Positions 29,227-38,894 of a stretch of 64,000 nt of DNA are shown piece by piece. This DNA comes from Cyanobacteria bacterium P01_A01_bin.123. GTDB lineage: Bacteria; Cyanobacteriota; Cyanobacteriia; Phormidesmidales; Phormidesmidaceae. The position numbers and the translations under genes were made by a program. Below the pieces are notes generated by a model, which saw only the letters and a program-made list of their open reading frames with translations, ran no database searches and was not told the origin of the DNA. Position 1 is the stretch's first letter. Each line of letters opens with the position of its first letter. The stretch lies in NCBI GenBank assembly GCA_039815185.1, contig JBCBZT010000001.1:192001-256000 (forward strand), read 5' to 3'.

Positions 29227-31416
29227 ATGTCCCTATCCAACTTTAGAGAACCACCCTATCCTCAACAAACGCATCAAATTAATCACGAGGTTTTGTTACG
29301 TCGCATAATCTATCGGATTCGTCAGTCCCTAGATCTCCAGGTTATTCTTGACACCACAGCCCATGAACTTCAAAAATTCTTAGCCGTTGATCGGGTCAAG
29401 ATTTATCAGTTTCATGCTGATCAAAGTGGTTATGTGGTAGCTGAAGCGTGCTCACTCGATTGTCCATTGCCCTCCTTGAAAGACTTAAATTTTCCCGCGG
29501 ATGATATTCCGCCAGAAGCTCGCCAACTGTTTGTTGAAGCGCGTGTCCGCAATATTGTAGATGTTGAATCTGGCATCATTGGGCAGAGTCGGCAGCTCAA
29601 TCCAGAAACGGGTAAACCCATCGCTGAGGATTGGGTCTATCGCCCCTTAGATCCCTGCCATGCTGAATATTTAACGACCATGGGGGTCAAGGCTAGTGTC
29701 GTTTCGCCCATCTCCCATGGTGAGCACCTTTGGGGTTTGTTGGTGATCCATCACACTGTCCCACGAGAACTAAATCCCCAGCAGATAGAGGCTATGCAGC
29801 TAGTGGTTGGGCAGCTTTCCATGGCGATCTCCCAAGCTAATTTGCTGACCAAAACTCGAGAACACGCAGCCCGAGAGTCGGTCATTAGCCAAGTGACTGT
29901 GTTGCTAAATGGACTCACAACCCTTGACCTGGCATCCGCTTTAGAAAAAACAACCCTAGCCTTACAAGGGGTAGGCAGTCGTCTATTTATTCCTGCCCTG
30001 GCTGACTCAACCGGAATCCGTCAGCCAGATTGTAGCGTGGTGTCTAATGCGTTACATGTCTTTGGAATACAACCTGTAGGTGATGATCTCAGTACCCAGA
30101 AGCCTATGGAGTTGCGCCATGGAATACAGGCACACTTGAAGGAGACAAACGATGCACCTTGGGCTGTTGATGATGTGTTTGAGGTTAGCAGCCTGCGAAA
30201 TTTGCAGCTTTCATTTCAGCGGGCAGGGCTGCGGGGGTGGTTAATGATTCCCCTGAAAAACCGTCAACACGTGATTGCTTACCTCAGCATTTTTAGACCT
30301 GCGCGAGAAACCGAAACCCTCTGGGCAGGGAAGTTTGATCCAGATACTCGGCAAGATTTTCCTCGCCAATCCTTCGAGATCTGGCGGCACACCCAGCAGG
30401 GGCAAATCTATCCGTGGGGCCATACCGATGTCGATTTGGCAACCAGTCTAGGAACTCAGTTTGCCATTGCCATTGAACAGCATCGTCTCTATCAAGAGAT
30501 TCAAACCCTCAATAACTCACTTGAGAAACAGGTTCAAACCCGAACTGCCGAACTGCAAAAGACCTTAAAGGATCTCCAACAGGCCCAGACTCAACTCATC
30601 CATACTGAAAAGATGTCAAGTTTGGGACAGTTAGTGGCCGGCATTGCCCACGAAATTAACAATCCTATTAACTTCATTCATGGTAATCTGACTCACCTTG
30701 AGTATTACGCCACTGAGCTGCTGGAGTTGCTGGCACTTTATCAGCAACATGTCCCCGAACCGAATACCGAAATTTTCAATAAATCGCAATCTCTAGATTT
30801 GGATTTTGTTGCCCAAGATTTTCCAAAAATCCTAGCGTCGATGGCTGTCGGAACGAAGCGCATTCAGGGCATTGTCCTGTCACTACGCAGTTTTTCGCGG
30901 TTAGATCAAGCTGCCAAAAAAGCTGTAGACCTCCATGAAGGCATTGAAAGCACTTTGATGATCTTGCAGCATCGCCTTCAGAAAACATCAGGAAGGAAGG
31001 CGATTCAAATCGTCAAAGAATATGGTGATTTGCCCCTAGTTGAGTGTTTGGCAAGTCAACTCAACCAGGTATTTATGAACATCCTCAGCAATGCCATTGA
31101 TGCCCTAGAGACAATAAACGAACGGCGACTCCCCCAGACTGCTGACCTAAATCCACCCACTATTCGCATCCACACGGCGCAACTTGATGATCATTGGGTA
31201 GCCATTCAGATCTCAGACAACGGTCAAGGGATACCTCAAGATATTCAAGCTCGACTTTTCAATCCTTTTTTCACCACTAAGCCCGTCGGTAAAGGAACGG
31301 GGCTAGGACTTTCGATCAGCCATCAAATTGTGGTAGGTAAGCATGGCGGCAAGTTAGAGTGCGTCTCTTCACCAGGACAAGGCACAACTTTTACCATTAC
31401 GATTCCTGTTAACTAG
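29227..31416 (+). CDS. Knotless phytochrome-type histidine kinase (GAF-PHY-like-HK)
   Basis: FPADDIPPEAR (DIP motif), DPCH bilin Cys-His, WAG...PRQSFEIW tongue; AHEINNP H-box. Confidence 0.88.
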   Translation: MSLSNFREPPYPQQTHQINHEVLLRRIIYRIRQSLDLQVILDTTAHELQKFLAVDRVKIYQFHADQSGYVVAEACSLDCPLPSLKDLNFPADDIPPEARQLFVEARVRNIVDVESGIIGQSRQLNPETGKPIAEDWVYRPLDPCHAEYLTTMGVKASVVSPISHGEHLWGLLVIHHTVPRELNPQQIEAMQLVVGQLSMAISQANLLTKTREHAARESVISQVTVLLNGLTTLDLASALEKTTLALQGVGSRLFIPALADSTGIRQPDCSVVSNALHVFGIQPVGDDLSTQKPMELRHGIQAHLKETNDAPWAVDDVFEVSSLRNLQLSFQRAGLRGWLMIPLKNRQHVIAYLSIFRPARETETLWAGKFDPDTRQDFPRQSFEIWRHTQQGQIYPWGHTDVDLATSLGTQFAIAIEQHRLYQEIQTLNNSLEKQVQTRTAELQKTLKDLQQAQTQLIHTEKMSSLGQLVAGIAHEINNPINFIHGNLTHLEYYATELLELLALYQQHVPEPNTEIFNKSQSLDLDFVAQDFPKILASMAVGTKRIQGIVLSLRSFSRLDQAAKKAVDLHEGIESTLMILQHRLQKTSGRKAIQIVKEYGDLPLVECLASQLNQVFMNILSNAIDALETINERRLPQTADLNPPTIRIHTAQLDDHWVAIQISDNGQGIPQDIQARLFNPFFTTKPVGKGTGLGLSISHQIVVGKHGGKLECVSSPGQGTTFTITIPVN

Positions 31417-31467
31417 CTGTGGATCCCCAGGGACCCGCATGCAAACTAACAGGTGAATCAGGTAGGT

Positions 31468-32853
31468 ATGGCTAAAGAGACTAAAACAAGTACCAACCCT
31501 CCCCTGCTGGAGGTCTGCAATCTTAGCTTTACCCACGTAGGCCAGCCGCAGCCGACAATCCAAGACATTCACCTCACCTTAAATCCGGGCGAGCTGATTG
31601 TGCTTGCAGGGGCAACCGGGAGCGGCAAAAGCACACTTTTAAACTGCTTAACCGGGATTGCGCCAGAACACACGGGGGGAAAGCTCTCAGGGCAGGTGCG
31701 CTATCGCGGGCAAGACATTACCGATTGGTCAATTCGGCAGCGATCGCAGGTAATGGGCATTTTGCTGCAAAACGTAGAAACCCAGATCTTTACCGATCGA
31801 GTGTGGGAAGAACTGGTGTTTGGTCTGGAAAATTGGAACTTGCCCCCAGAGACGATCAAAACCCTCACCCATCAAGCGCTGCATGGATTTGATTTAGTGT
31901 GCCAACAAGACTGGCAAATCCGTCAGCTTTCGGCGGGGCAAAAACAGCGGCTGTTGCTGGCGTGTCTGCTCACCCGAAATCCTGAGATGTTGTTGCTAGA
32001 TGAGCCTTTTGCCTTTTTGGACGGGGCTGGGGTGCAGTTGCTGCTAAACCTGATTCAGCGGCGAGTCGAACAGGGGCAGGCAGTGTTGGTAATTGAGCAT
32101 CGATTGGAGCTATTGCAGCCGATCTGCGATCGCGTTTATCGCATTCTTGACGGTTGTGTTACTCCCTGGGCGTTATCTCAACGCCCTGCTCAAATTGATG
32201 TGGAAAATCCCATGACTGCCTTGTCCCTAAGTCAATCCGAGGCTGCTCTAGCGTCAGGGCTGCTTTTGCAAACCCATAATCTCAGTTGGGGTGGCTATCC
32301 GCCATTTCCCAATTTGCAGGTTCAAAGTGGAGAGATTGTCTTGATCAAGGGTGATAATGGCTGCGGCAAGACTACGTTGTTAAAGTTGCTGAGCGGATTG
32401 CTCAAACCCACCACAGGCCACCTTGATATTTTAGGTCGCGACGCCACCCGCAAACGCGTCGTGCAAATCGCTAAAACCGTAGGGTTCGTCTTGCAAAATC
32501 CCAACCATCAGCTATTTGCTGAAAGTGTCCAGGCAGAGGTTAGGCAACCTGGTGTATCTGCGCCCCAAGCATTGACTCTGCTTGAACAGCTCAACCTGAC
32601 CCACTGTGCAGACAAACATCCCCATGCGCTATCCCAAGGCCAAAAACGTCGCCTTGCCCTCGGGGCTGTGCTGGCCCGCCGCCCCCAAATTTGTCTGTTA
32701 GATGAGATTATGGTGGGCCAAGATCCCCAGTCTTTAGCGTTAATGCTGCAAACGCTAAAGACGTTTACTAACCAAGGGGGTGTACTAATTTTTACCTCCC
32801 ATGACCCCGGCGTGGCCAAGAGATTGGGAGGGCGTGTTGTTGCAGTTGGTTAA
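31468..32853 (+). CDS. ECF-type dual ABC ATPase
   Basis: Two nucleotide-binding domains: GATGSGKST/LSAGQKQR and GDNGCGKTT/LQNPNHQLF/LSQGQKRR. Confidence 0.9.
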   Translation: MAKETKTSTNPPLLEVCNLSFTHVGQPQPTIQDIHLTLNPGELIVLAGATGSGKSTLLNCLTGIAPEHTGGKLSGQVRYRGQDITDWSIRQRSQVMGILLQNVETQIFTDRVWEELVFGLENWNLPPETIKTLTHQALHGFDLVCQQDWQIRQLSAGQKQRLLLACLLTRNPEMLLLDEPFAFLDGAGVQLLLNLIQRRVEQGQAVLVIEHRLELLQPICDRVYRILDGCVTPWALSQRPAQIDVENPMTALSLSQSEAALASGLLLQTHNLSWGGYPPFPNLQVQSGEIVLIKGDNGCGKTTLLKLLSGLLKPTTGHLDILGRDATRKRVVQIAKTVGFVLQNPNHQLFAESVQAEVRQPGVSAPQALTLLEQLNLTHCADKHPHALSQGQKRRLALGAVLARRPQICLLDEIMVGQDPQSLALMLQTLKTFTNQGGVLIFTSHDPGVAKRLGGRVVAVG

Positions 32854-32993
32854 GATTTTCTGTAACTCACATTGGATGACACCGGACAACAGATCCCTCA
32901 GTAACATCCCTTAGAATGTAAGGATAGATTCTTCCGGGGGACAGCTCCTATACTTTGGAAAAACCCTCATATAGCCCCTATCAAATTCGCCCT

Positions 32994-35900
32994 ATGCTTT
33001 ACGTGGAGGGGTATCGCCTCCTAGAAGAGTTACATAACGGATCCAATTCTCAGGTTTATCGAGCTTACCGTGAATCTGACAGAGCGTCTGTGGTTCTAAA
33101 ATTCTTAAGGCCCGAGTATCCCAGCCCGGAGCAGATTGCCCGTTTTCGCCTTGAATATGATCTTACCCGTAGTTTTGACATTCCCGGCATTATTCTGACC
33201 TATGGGCTTGAAGCCTATCAAAATACCTTTGTCTTAATTCTGGAAGATTTTGGCGCTTTTCCCCTCAAACAAGCGTTCCAAGATAAGCCACTTTCAACCT
33301 TTGACTTTTTGCAACAGGCCTTGCAAATCACAGAGGCATTGGCAGCCATCCACCAAAAAGACATCATTCATAAGGACATCAATTCCACCAACATTCTGAT
33401 TAACCCCGAAACCCAGGCGGTCAAAATCATTGATTTTGGCATTTCAACTCAACTCTCCCAAGAACAAGCTGCTATTACCAATCTGCATCAGTTGGAAGGT
33501 ACCCTGGCCTATATTTCCCCAGAACAGACTGGGCGGATGAATCGGAGTCTGGACTATCGCACTGATTTTTATTCCCTGGGAGTCACTTTCTACGAAATGC
33601 TGACCCAGCGGCTGCCGTTTGAGAACCAGGATGTGGTGGAGTTGGTTCACAGCCATATCGCCCGTCAGCCGCGTCCCCCCCACGAGCTGAATCCTCAGGT
33701 GCCGCCGATCCTGTCACAAATTGTCATGCGGTTACTTGAGAAAAATGCCGAGGCCCGCTATCAGAGCACGTTTGGACTCAAGACAGATTTGCAACGTTGT
33801 CTAGAGAGTTGGACCACTATCGGCAGGATTGCCCCCTTTGACCTGGGTGCCCAGGATCAGGTTGAGCGTTTTCACTTACCCCAAAAACTCTACGGTCGAG
33901 AACAAGAGGTGATTACCTTACTGACGGCCTTTGAGCGAGCCAGTCGAGGGCGCAGTGAAGTGATGTTGGTGGCTGGGTATTCTGGCATTGGTAAATCTGT
34001 CCTAGTTCAAGAAATATATAAGCCGATTACCCAGAAGCGGGGCTACTTTATCACCGGTAAATTTGATCAGTTCCAACGCAACATCCCTTACAGCGCTCTA
34101 ATTCAAGCGTTTCAGACTTTGATTCGTCAATGCTTGGCCAGTAGCATTGAAGAGATTGAACGCTGGCGTGCGGCCTTGCTCGAAGCCTTGACGCCCAACG
34201 CCCAAATTATTATCGATGTCATTCCTGAAGTGGAAGTGATTATTGGGCCCCAACCCCCTGCGGCTGAACTGCCGCCTCAAGAAGCCCAGAACCGCTTTAA
34301 TCTAGTCTTTCAAAACTTCATTCAGGTATTTACGCAAAAGCAGCACCCCTTAGCAATTTTTTTGGATGACTTGCAGTGGGCTGACAGTGCTTCTCTGCAA
34401 TTAATCCAAACCTTAATGGGAGAAGCGAATACCCGACACCTGCTATTTATTGGCGCTTACCGAGATAATGAAGTCGGGGATACCCATCCCCTCCAAGCCA
34501 CCCTGGCAGACCTCCAGGCGTTTGGGGTACCCCTGCGTACGATTCACCTCACACCCCTGGAACCTGCCGATATTCGTCAACTCCTGCAAGACACTTTTTT
34601 GATCCAGGACGAGACTCAAGTTTTGCCCTTGGTCAGGTTGCTGAAGGAAAAGACCCAAGGCAACCCGTTCTTTATGGGGGAATTTTTAAAGTCTCTCTAT
34701 GTCGATGGCCATGTCACTTTTGACCGGCATCAAAGGCAATGGGTTTGGGATCTAGAACAAATTCAATCGGCTCAGATGACCAATAATGTGGTCGAGCTGA
34801 TGGCGGGCAAAATTCAACGCTTGTCGGCATCATCCCAACAGGCGCTAAAGGTAGCAGCCTGTGTCGGCAATCAATTTTCCCTCTCTGTCTTGGCTATTGT
34901 CTTAGAGTTGCCCCAGGCGACAGTGGCGGCAGATCTGTGGGCAGCCATGAAAATGGGCTTAATCACAGCCGAGGGCGATGATTACAAACTGCTCCAGGTG
35001 GACGATGCTTCAGTGGTGGCTCAACTGGCTGAAATGGAAGTGGTGTATCACTTTATCCACGATCGCGTCCAACAAGCTGCTTACACCTTAATTCCTGATG
35101 AAGCCAGACAGATGGCTCATTTCCGGGTGGGTCAACTGTTGCTGCAAAGTATGACCCCTGAGCAGCAGGGTGAGAATATTTTTGACCTTGTGAACCAGCT
35201 TAACTTTGGCCTGACTCTAATGCCCACGGTGGAAAAGCGGCAAGAGTTGGCTGAATTGAACTTAAAAGCTGGCACCAAAGCGATCGCGGCGGCGGCCTAT
35301 GGCCCAGCCCTCAACTATCTGCTCACTGGGATTTGCAGCTTAGAGCCCGATCGCTGGCAACAACAGTATGCTTTGGCCTTGGCCTTACACCACACCGCTA
35401 CTGAAGCGGCCCTGATGGTGGGCGATTTTGAGGAAATGGATCGTCTGATTGAGACGGTGCTGAACCGGGCTAAAACAGTTTTAGATTGTATCCCCGTCTA
35501 TACCGTCCAGATCCAGGCTTTGGTTGCCCGCCATGAACTGCTAGCCGCAGTCCAGGTTGGGTTGCGAGTGCTGCGGTTATTGGGTTTCCCGCTTCCTGAA
35601 AAGCCAAGCCAGCTACAGGTGTTGTTGGGTTTGCTGAAATCCAAAATTGGGTTATGGGGAAAATCCGTAGCGCGTTTGGCAGAACGCCCTGCCATGACCG
35701 ATCCAAAAGCATTGGCGGCCACCCAAATTTTAGCCAGCATTGCCTCTGCTACCTATTTAACGGCCCCCAAAGTATTTCCCCTAACGGTATTTAAGCAGGT
35801 GGGCTTGACGGTGAAGTACGGCAATACACCGATCTCAGCCTTTGCCTATGCCACCTATGCCCTGATTTTGTGTGGCGTGGTGCAAGACCTCAAATCCGGA

Positions 35901-38336
35901 TATCGGTTCGGAGATTTGGCCTTGAAGGTGTTAGATCGCTTTAATACTCGCGCCATCCGCGCTAAAACCCTTTTAGTGGTGAATGCCTTTGTGCGCCACT
36001 GGCGGGAGCCCTTGAAAAATACACTTCCCGCTTTTCAGGAAGCATTTCAAGTGGGGGCTGAAACAGGGGATACCGAATATGCCTCTTTCTCGGCTCAGGT
36101 CGCAGTGATGCATGGATTCTACAGTGGCCAAGCGCTTTCTGCCCTGGATAAACAAGCAGTGACGCAAGAAGAAGCGGTTCACAAATTTAAGAAGCAGCCA
36201 ATTGTGGAGCTGATGCAGGTGCATCGTCAAGCGATCGCCAACCTCCGGGGACAAAATGATGACCCCCGTCAGCTGATTGGGGAGATTTATAACGCCCCCG
36301 CCATGCTACCGGGCTACCTTGAAGGCAATTATCGTACGGCGCTGTTTTACATCTATTCCCACTATGTCTCACTGAACTATTGGTTTGAAGACTATGCGGC
36401 GGCAGTGGATTACGGTGAGAAGGCAGTGCCTTATTTGGATTCTGTCATTGCCCTTTATGTGGTGCCAGCGTTTTACTTTTACGATGCCCTCGCTTGCCTA
36501 GCCCTAGTGAATCAGGGAACCGATGCGAAACGGCAAGCCGCATTGTTGAAGCGAGTCAATAGAACCCGTAAACAGCTGCAACGATGGGCAAAAGCTGCCC
36601 CTAAGAACTATGGTCATAAGCTGGCCTTAATTGAGGCCGAAATGTACCGTCGCCAGGGCGCAATTTCCCTAGCGGGTGCCGCTTACGATCAAGCCATTGA
36701 TCTCGCATTTGCGAATCAGTATGGGCACGAAGCTGCCCTTGCTAATGAACTCGCCGCCAAGTTTTACTTGAGCCAGCGACGATCGAAGGTGGCCTCGGTT
36801 TACCTGCAAGATGCGCGCTATCTCTATGCTCAGTGGGGGGCAACGGCAAAAGTCCAGGCTCTAGAAGCAACCTATCCCCAACTGCGTCGCCGAGACTCTA
36901 ATCGAGGCACGCTATCGACCCTATCAACGACTGGTGCTACCAGTACACTACCCTCCCTAGATACAACCAGCGGTCAGGACGACACCTTAGATTTGGCTAC
37001 GGTGATGAAAGCGGCTCAAACCTTATCGGGAGAAATTCAGCTAGATCGGTTGCTGTCCAGTTTGATGCGGCTATTGATTGAAAATGCTGGGGCTCAACGG
37101 GGGTTCATGCTACTGGAGACGGATCAACAATTCCGAGTTGAAGCCCAATGGAATGTAGATCAGGAAACGGTTGAAGTTTCCGAATCCTTAGACCTGGAAA
37201 GCTGCAATCTGGTCTCGCCTGCAATCGTTAACTATGTTGCGCGCACCCAATCTAGTGTGGTGTTGAGTGATGCTTCGGCAGAAGGTGACTTCGTCCTGGA
37301 TGCGTATATTCGACAACATCAACCCCGGTCTGTTTTGTGTGCGCCTTTAATCAATCAGGGGAAATTGGCAGGCATTGTTTATCTGGAAAATAACCTGACA
37401 ACGGGAGCTTTTACGGCGGATCGGTTGGAACTGCTCAACGTACTGTCAGCCCAAGCCGCGATTTCGATTGAAAATGCTCGTCTGTATACAAACCTAGCCA
37501 CCCTCAACCAGGATTTGATTACGCTCAACAAGTCCTATGAGCGGTTTGTGCCGCGTCAGTTTCTTAAGCTGCTCGATAAAGACAGTATTACAGAGGTGGA
37601 ACTGGGCAATAGTGTCAAACAAGATATGTCAGTTTTATTTTCCGACATTCGGGACTTCACCAGCCTTTCGGAGAAAATGTCCCCTGAGGATAATTTCCGG
37701 CTGATTAATGCCTTTCTTTCTCGCATGGACAAGGTGATTGCTGAGCACAATGGCTTTATCGACAAATATATTGGCGATGCCCTAATGGCTCTATTCAATG
37801 GCCCTGCGGATGATGCAGTCCGCGCAGGATTGGCCATGCTAGAGGCATTGAAAATCTACAACGAAAAGCGCGTCCGGTCTAACTATCAACCCCTGCGAAT
37901 TGGCATCGGTATCAATACAGGGTCTTTGATGTTAGGAACGGTTGGTGGACTCAACCGAATGGATGGCACGGTCATCAGTGATGCTGTGAACCTATCGGCT
38001 CGCATGGAAGGATTGACGAAATTTTACGGCGTTCCGCTCTTGATCACTGATAATACGTTCATGAGCTTGAAGAGTTACAGTCAGTATTATTTCCGAATTA
38101 TTGATCGTGTCAAGGTTAAGGGCAAATCTAAAGCCGTTACGGTCTATGAGATTTTCAACCACGATGAACCCGCGTTACGGGATGCCAAGATGCGCACTAA
38201 GATGATGTTTGAAGAGGGGATTCTACTCTACAACAATCAGCAATTTAATCAGGCTTATCGGTGTTTTGATGAGTGTTTTTCCTATAATCCAGACGATCAT
38301 ATTGCGTTGAACTATGCTCAGCGATCGCGCCGCTAA
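32994..38336 (+). CDS. Ser/Thr kinase - AAA ATPase - GAF - class III adenylate/guanylate cyclase
   Basis: HKDIN, DFG, YISPEQTGR; GYSGIGKS, LDDLQWAD; FSDIRDFT, DKYIGDA, DAVNLSARME. Confidence 0.93.
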   Translation: MLYVEGYRLLEELHNGSNSQVYRAYRESDRASVVLKFLRPEYPSPEQIARFRLEYDLTRSFDIPGIILTYGLEAYQNTFVLILEDFGAFPLKQAFQDKPLSTFDFLQQALQITEALAAIHQKDIIHKDINSTNILINPETQAVKIIDFGISTQLSQEQAAITNLHQLEGTLAYISPEQTGRMNRSLDYRTDFYSLGVTFYEMLTQRLPFENQDVVELVHSHIARQPRPPHELNPQVPPILSQIVMRLLEKNAEARYQSTFGLKTDLQRCLESWTTIGRIAPFDLGAQDQVERFHLPQKLYGREQEVITLLTAFERASRGRSEVMLVAGYSGIGKSVLVQEIYKPITQKRGYFITGKFDQFQRNIPYSALIQAFQTLIRQCLASSIEEIERWRAALLEALTPNAQIIIDVIPEVEVIIGPQPPAAELPPQEAQNRFNLVFQNFIQVFTQKQHPLAIFLDDLQWADSASLQLIQTLMGEANTRHLLFIGAYRDNEVGDTHPLQATLADLQAFGVPLRTIHLTPLEPADIRQLLQDTFLIQDETQVLPLVRLLKEKTQGNPFFMGEFLKSLYVDGHVTFDRHQRQWVWDLEQIQSAQMTNNVVELMAGKIQRLSASSQQALKVAACVGNQFSLSVLAIVLELPQATVAADLWAAMKMGLITAEGDDYKLLQVDDASVVAQLAEMEVVYHFIHDRVQQAAYTLIPDEARQMAHFRVGQLLLQSMTPEQQGENIFDLVNQLNFGLTLMPTVEKRQELAELNLKAGTKAIAAAAYGPALNYLLTGICSLEPDRWQQQYALALALHHTATEAALMVGDFEEMDRLIETVLNRAKTVLDCIPVYTVQIQALVARHELLAAVQVGLRVLRLLGFPLPEKPSQLQVLLGLLKSKIGLWGKSVARLAERPAMTDPKALAATQILASIASATYLTAPKVFPLTVFKQVGLTVKYGNTPISAFAYATYALILCGVVQDLKSGYRFGDLALKVLDRFNTRAIRAKTLLVVNAFVRHWREPLKNTLPAFQEAFQVGAETGDTEYASFSAQVAVMHGFYSGQALSALDKQAVTQEEAVHKFKKQPIVELMQVHRQAIANLRGQNDDPRQLIGEIYNAPAMLPGYLEGNYRTALFYIYSHYVSLNYWFEDYAAAVDYGEKAVPYLDSVIALYVVPAFYFYDALACLALVNQGTDAKRQAALLKRVNRTRKQLQRWAKAAPKNYGHKLALIEAEMYRRQGAISLAGAAYDQAIDLAFANQYGHEAALANELAAKFYLSQRRSKVASVYLQDARYLYAQWGATAKVQALEATYPQLRRRDSNRGTLSTLSTTGATSTLPSLDTTSGQDDTLDLATVMKAAQTLSGEIQLDRLLSSLMRLLIENAGAQRGFMLLETDQQFRVEAQWNVDQETVEVSESLDLESCNLVSPAIVNYVARTQSSVVLSDASAEGDFVLDAYIRQHQPRSVLCAPLINQGKLAGIVYLENNLTTGAFTADRLELLNVLSAQAAISIENARLYTNLATLNQDLITLNKSYERFVPRQFLKLLDKDSITEVELGNSVKQDMSVLFSDIRDFTSLSEKMSPEDNFRLINAFLSRMDKVIAEHNGFIDKYIGDALMALFNGPADDAVRAGLAMLEALKIYNEKRVRSNYQPLRIGIGINTGSLMLGTVGGLNRMDGTVISDAVNLSARMEGLTKFYGVPLLITDNTFMSLKSYSQYYFRIIDRVKVKGKSKAVTVYEIFNHDEPALRDAKMRTKMMFEEGILLYNNQQFNQAYRCFDECFSYNPDDHIALNYAQRSRR

Positions 38337-38380
38337 AAAATTACTGCCATGCAGATGTACTGCATTATTGGTTGAGGGGT

Positions 38381-38575
38381 TTATCTATTCTCTAGCCAAT
38401 CGAACATATAGCTCACCTCATCAAGCGTTACCAGACCATATTTCCATAGGATGATCGGCAACAAACTAAAGTCACCATCGTAATGTCTTAGGGCAAGTGA
38501 AACAGAAGCGTTAGAAAGCGATAGATCACTTTCTAAAAATTGAATAAATTGGGATTCAAAGATAGATGTCATCAC
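38381..38575 (-). CDS. DUF2949-like small protein
   Basis: FIQFL...LALRH...LPIILWKYGLVTL...FDWLE. Confidence 0.8.
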   Translation of the reverse strand: MMTSIFESQFIQFLESDLSLSNASVSLALRHYDGDFSLLPIILWKYGLVTLDEVSYMFDWLENR

Positions 38576-38737
38576 AGGTTATCCACAAACTTTAAATCTT
38601 GGTTGCCTCCAGCCCCGTAGATCGTCCTGAGTTAAAACTCAAGTTTTCAAATCGGATGGGGTGCGTGGGTTGTTTTAAACCCAACCCTAATCTGCCAGAG
38701 ACTCAAGAAATGAGCCCTTGACCTTATATAGATAAGA

Positions 38738-38772
38738 ATTGTGGAGAAGAGTTGTGAGGAAACTGTGAGGAA
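38738..38772 (-). promoter_or_regulatory. Direct-repeat operator (CTCACA, 11-nt period) upstream of the DUF2949-like gene
   Basis: Minus strand TTCCTCACAGTTTCCTCACAACTCTTCTCCACAAT; 27/35 identical to 42441-42475. Confidence 0.55.
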
Positions 38773-38894
38773 CACGAACATAATTAAAGTTAGGTGACTA
38801 TATCAAACAAAATATTTCTCAGCTAATTTTCATCATAGTCAGCTTCCCATTGCCAATGGGGTCATCGCTACACAATCCTCTTTAGGAGGCCATC

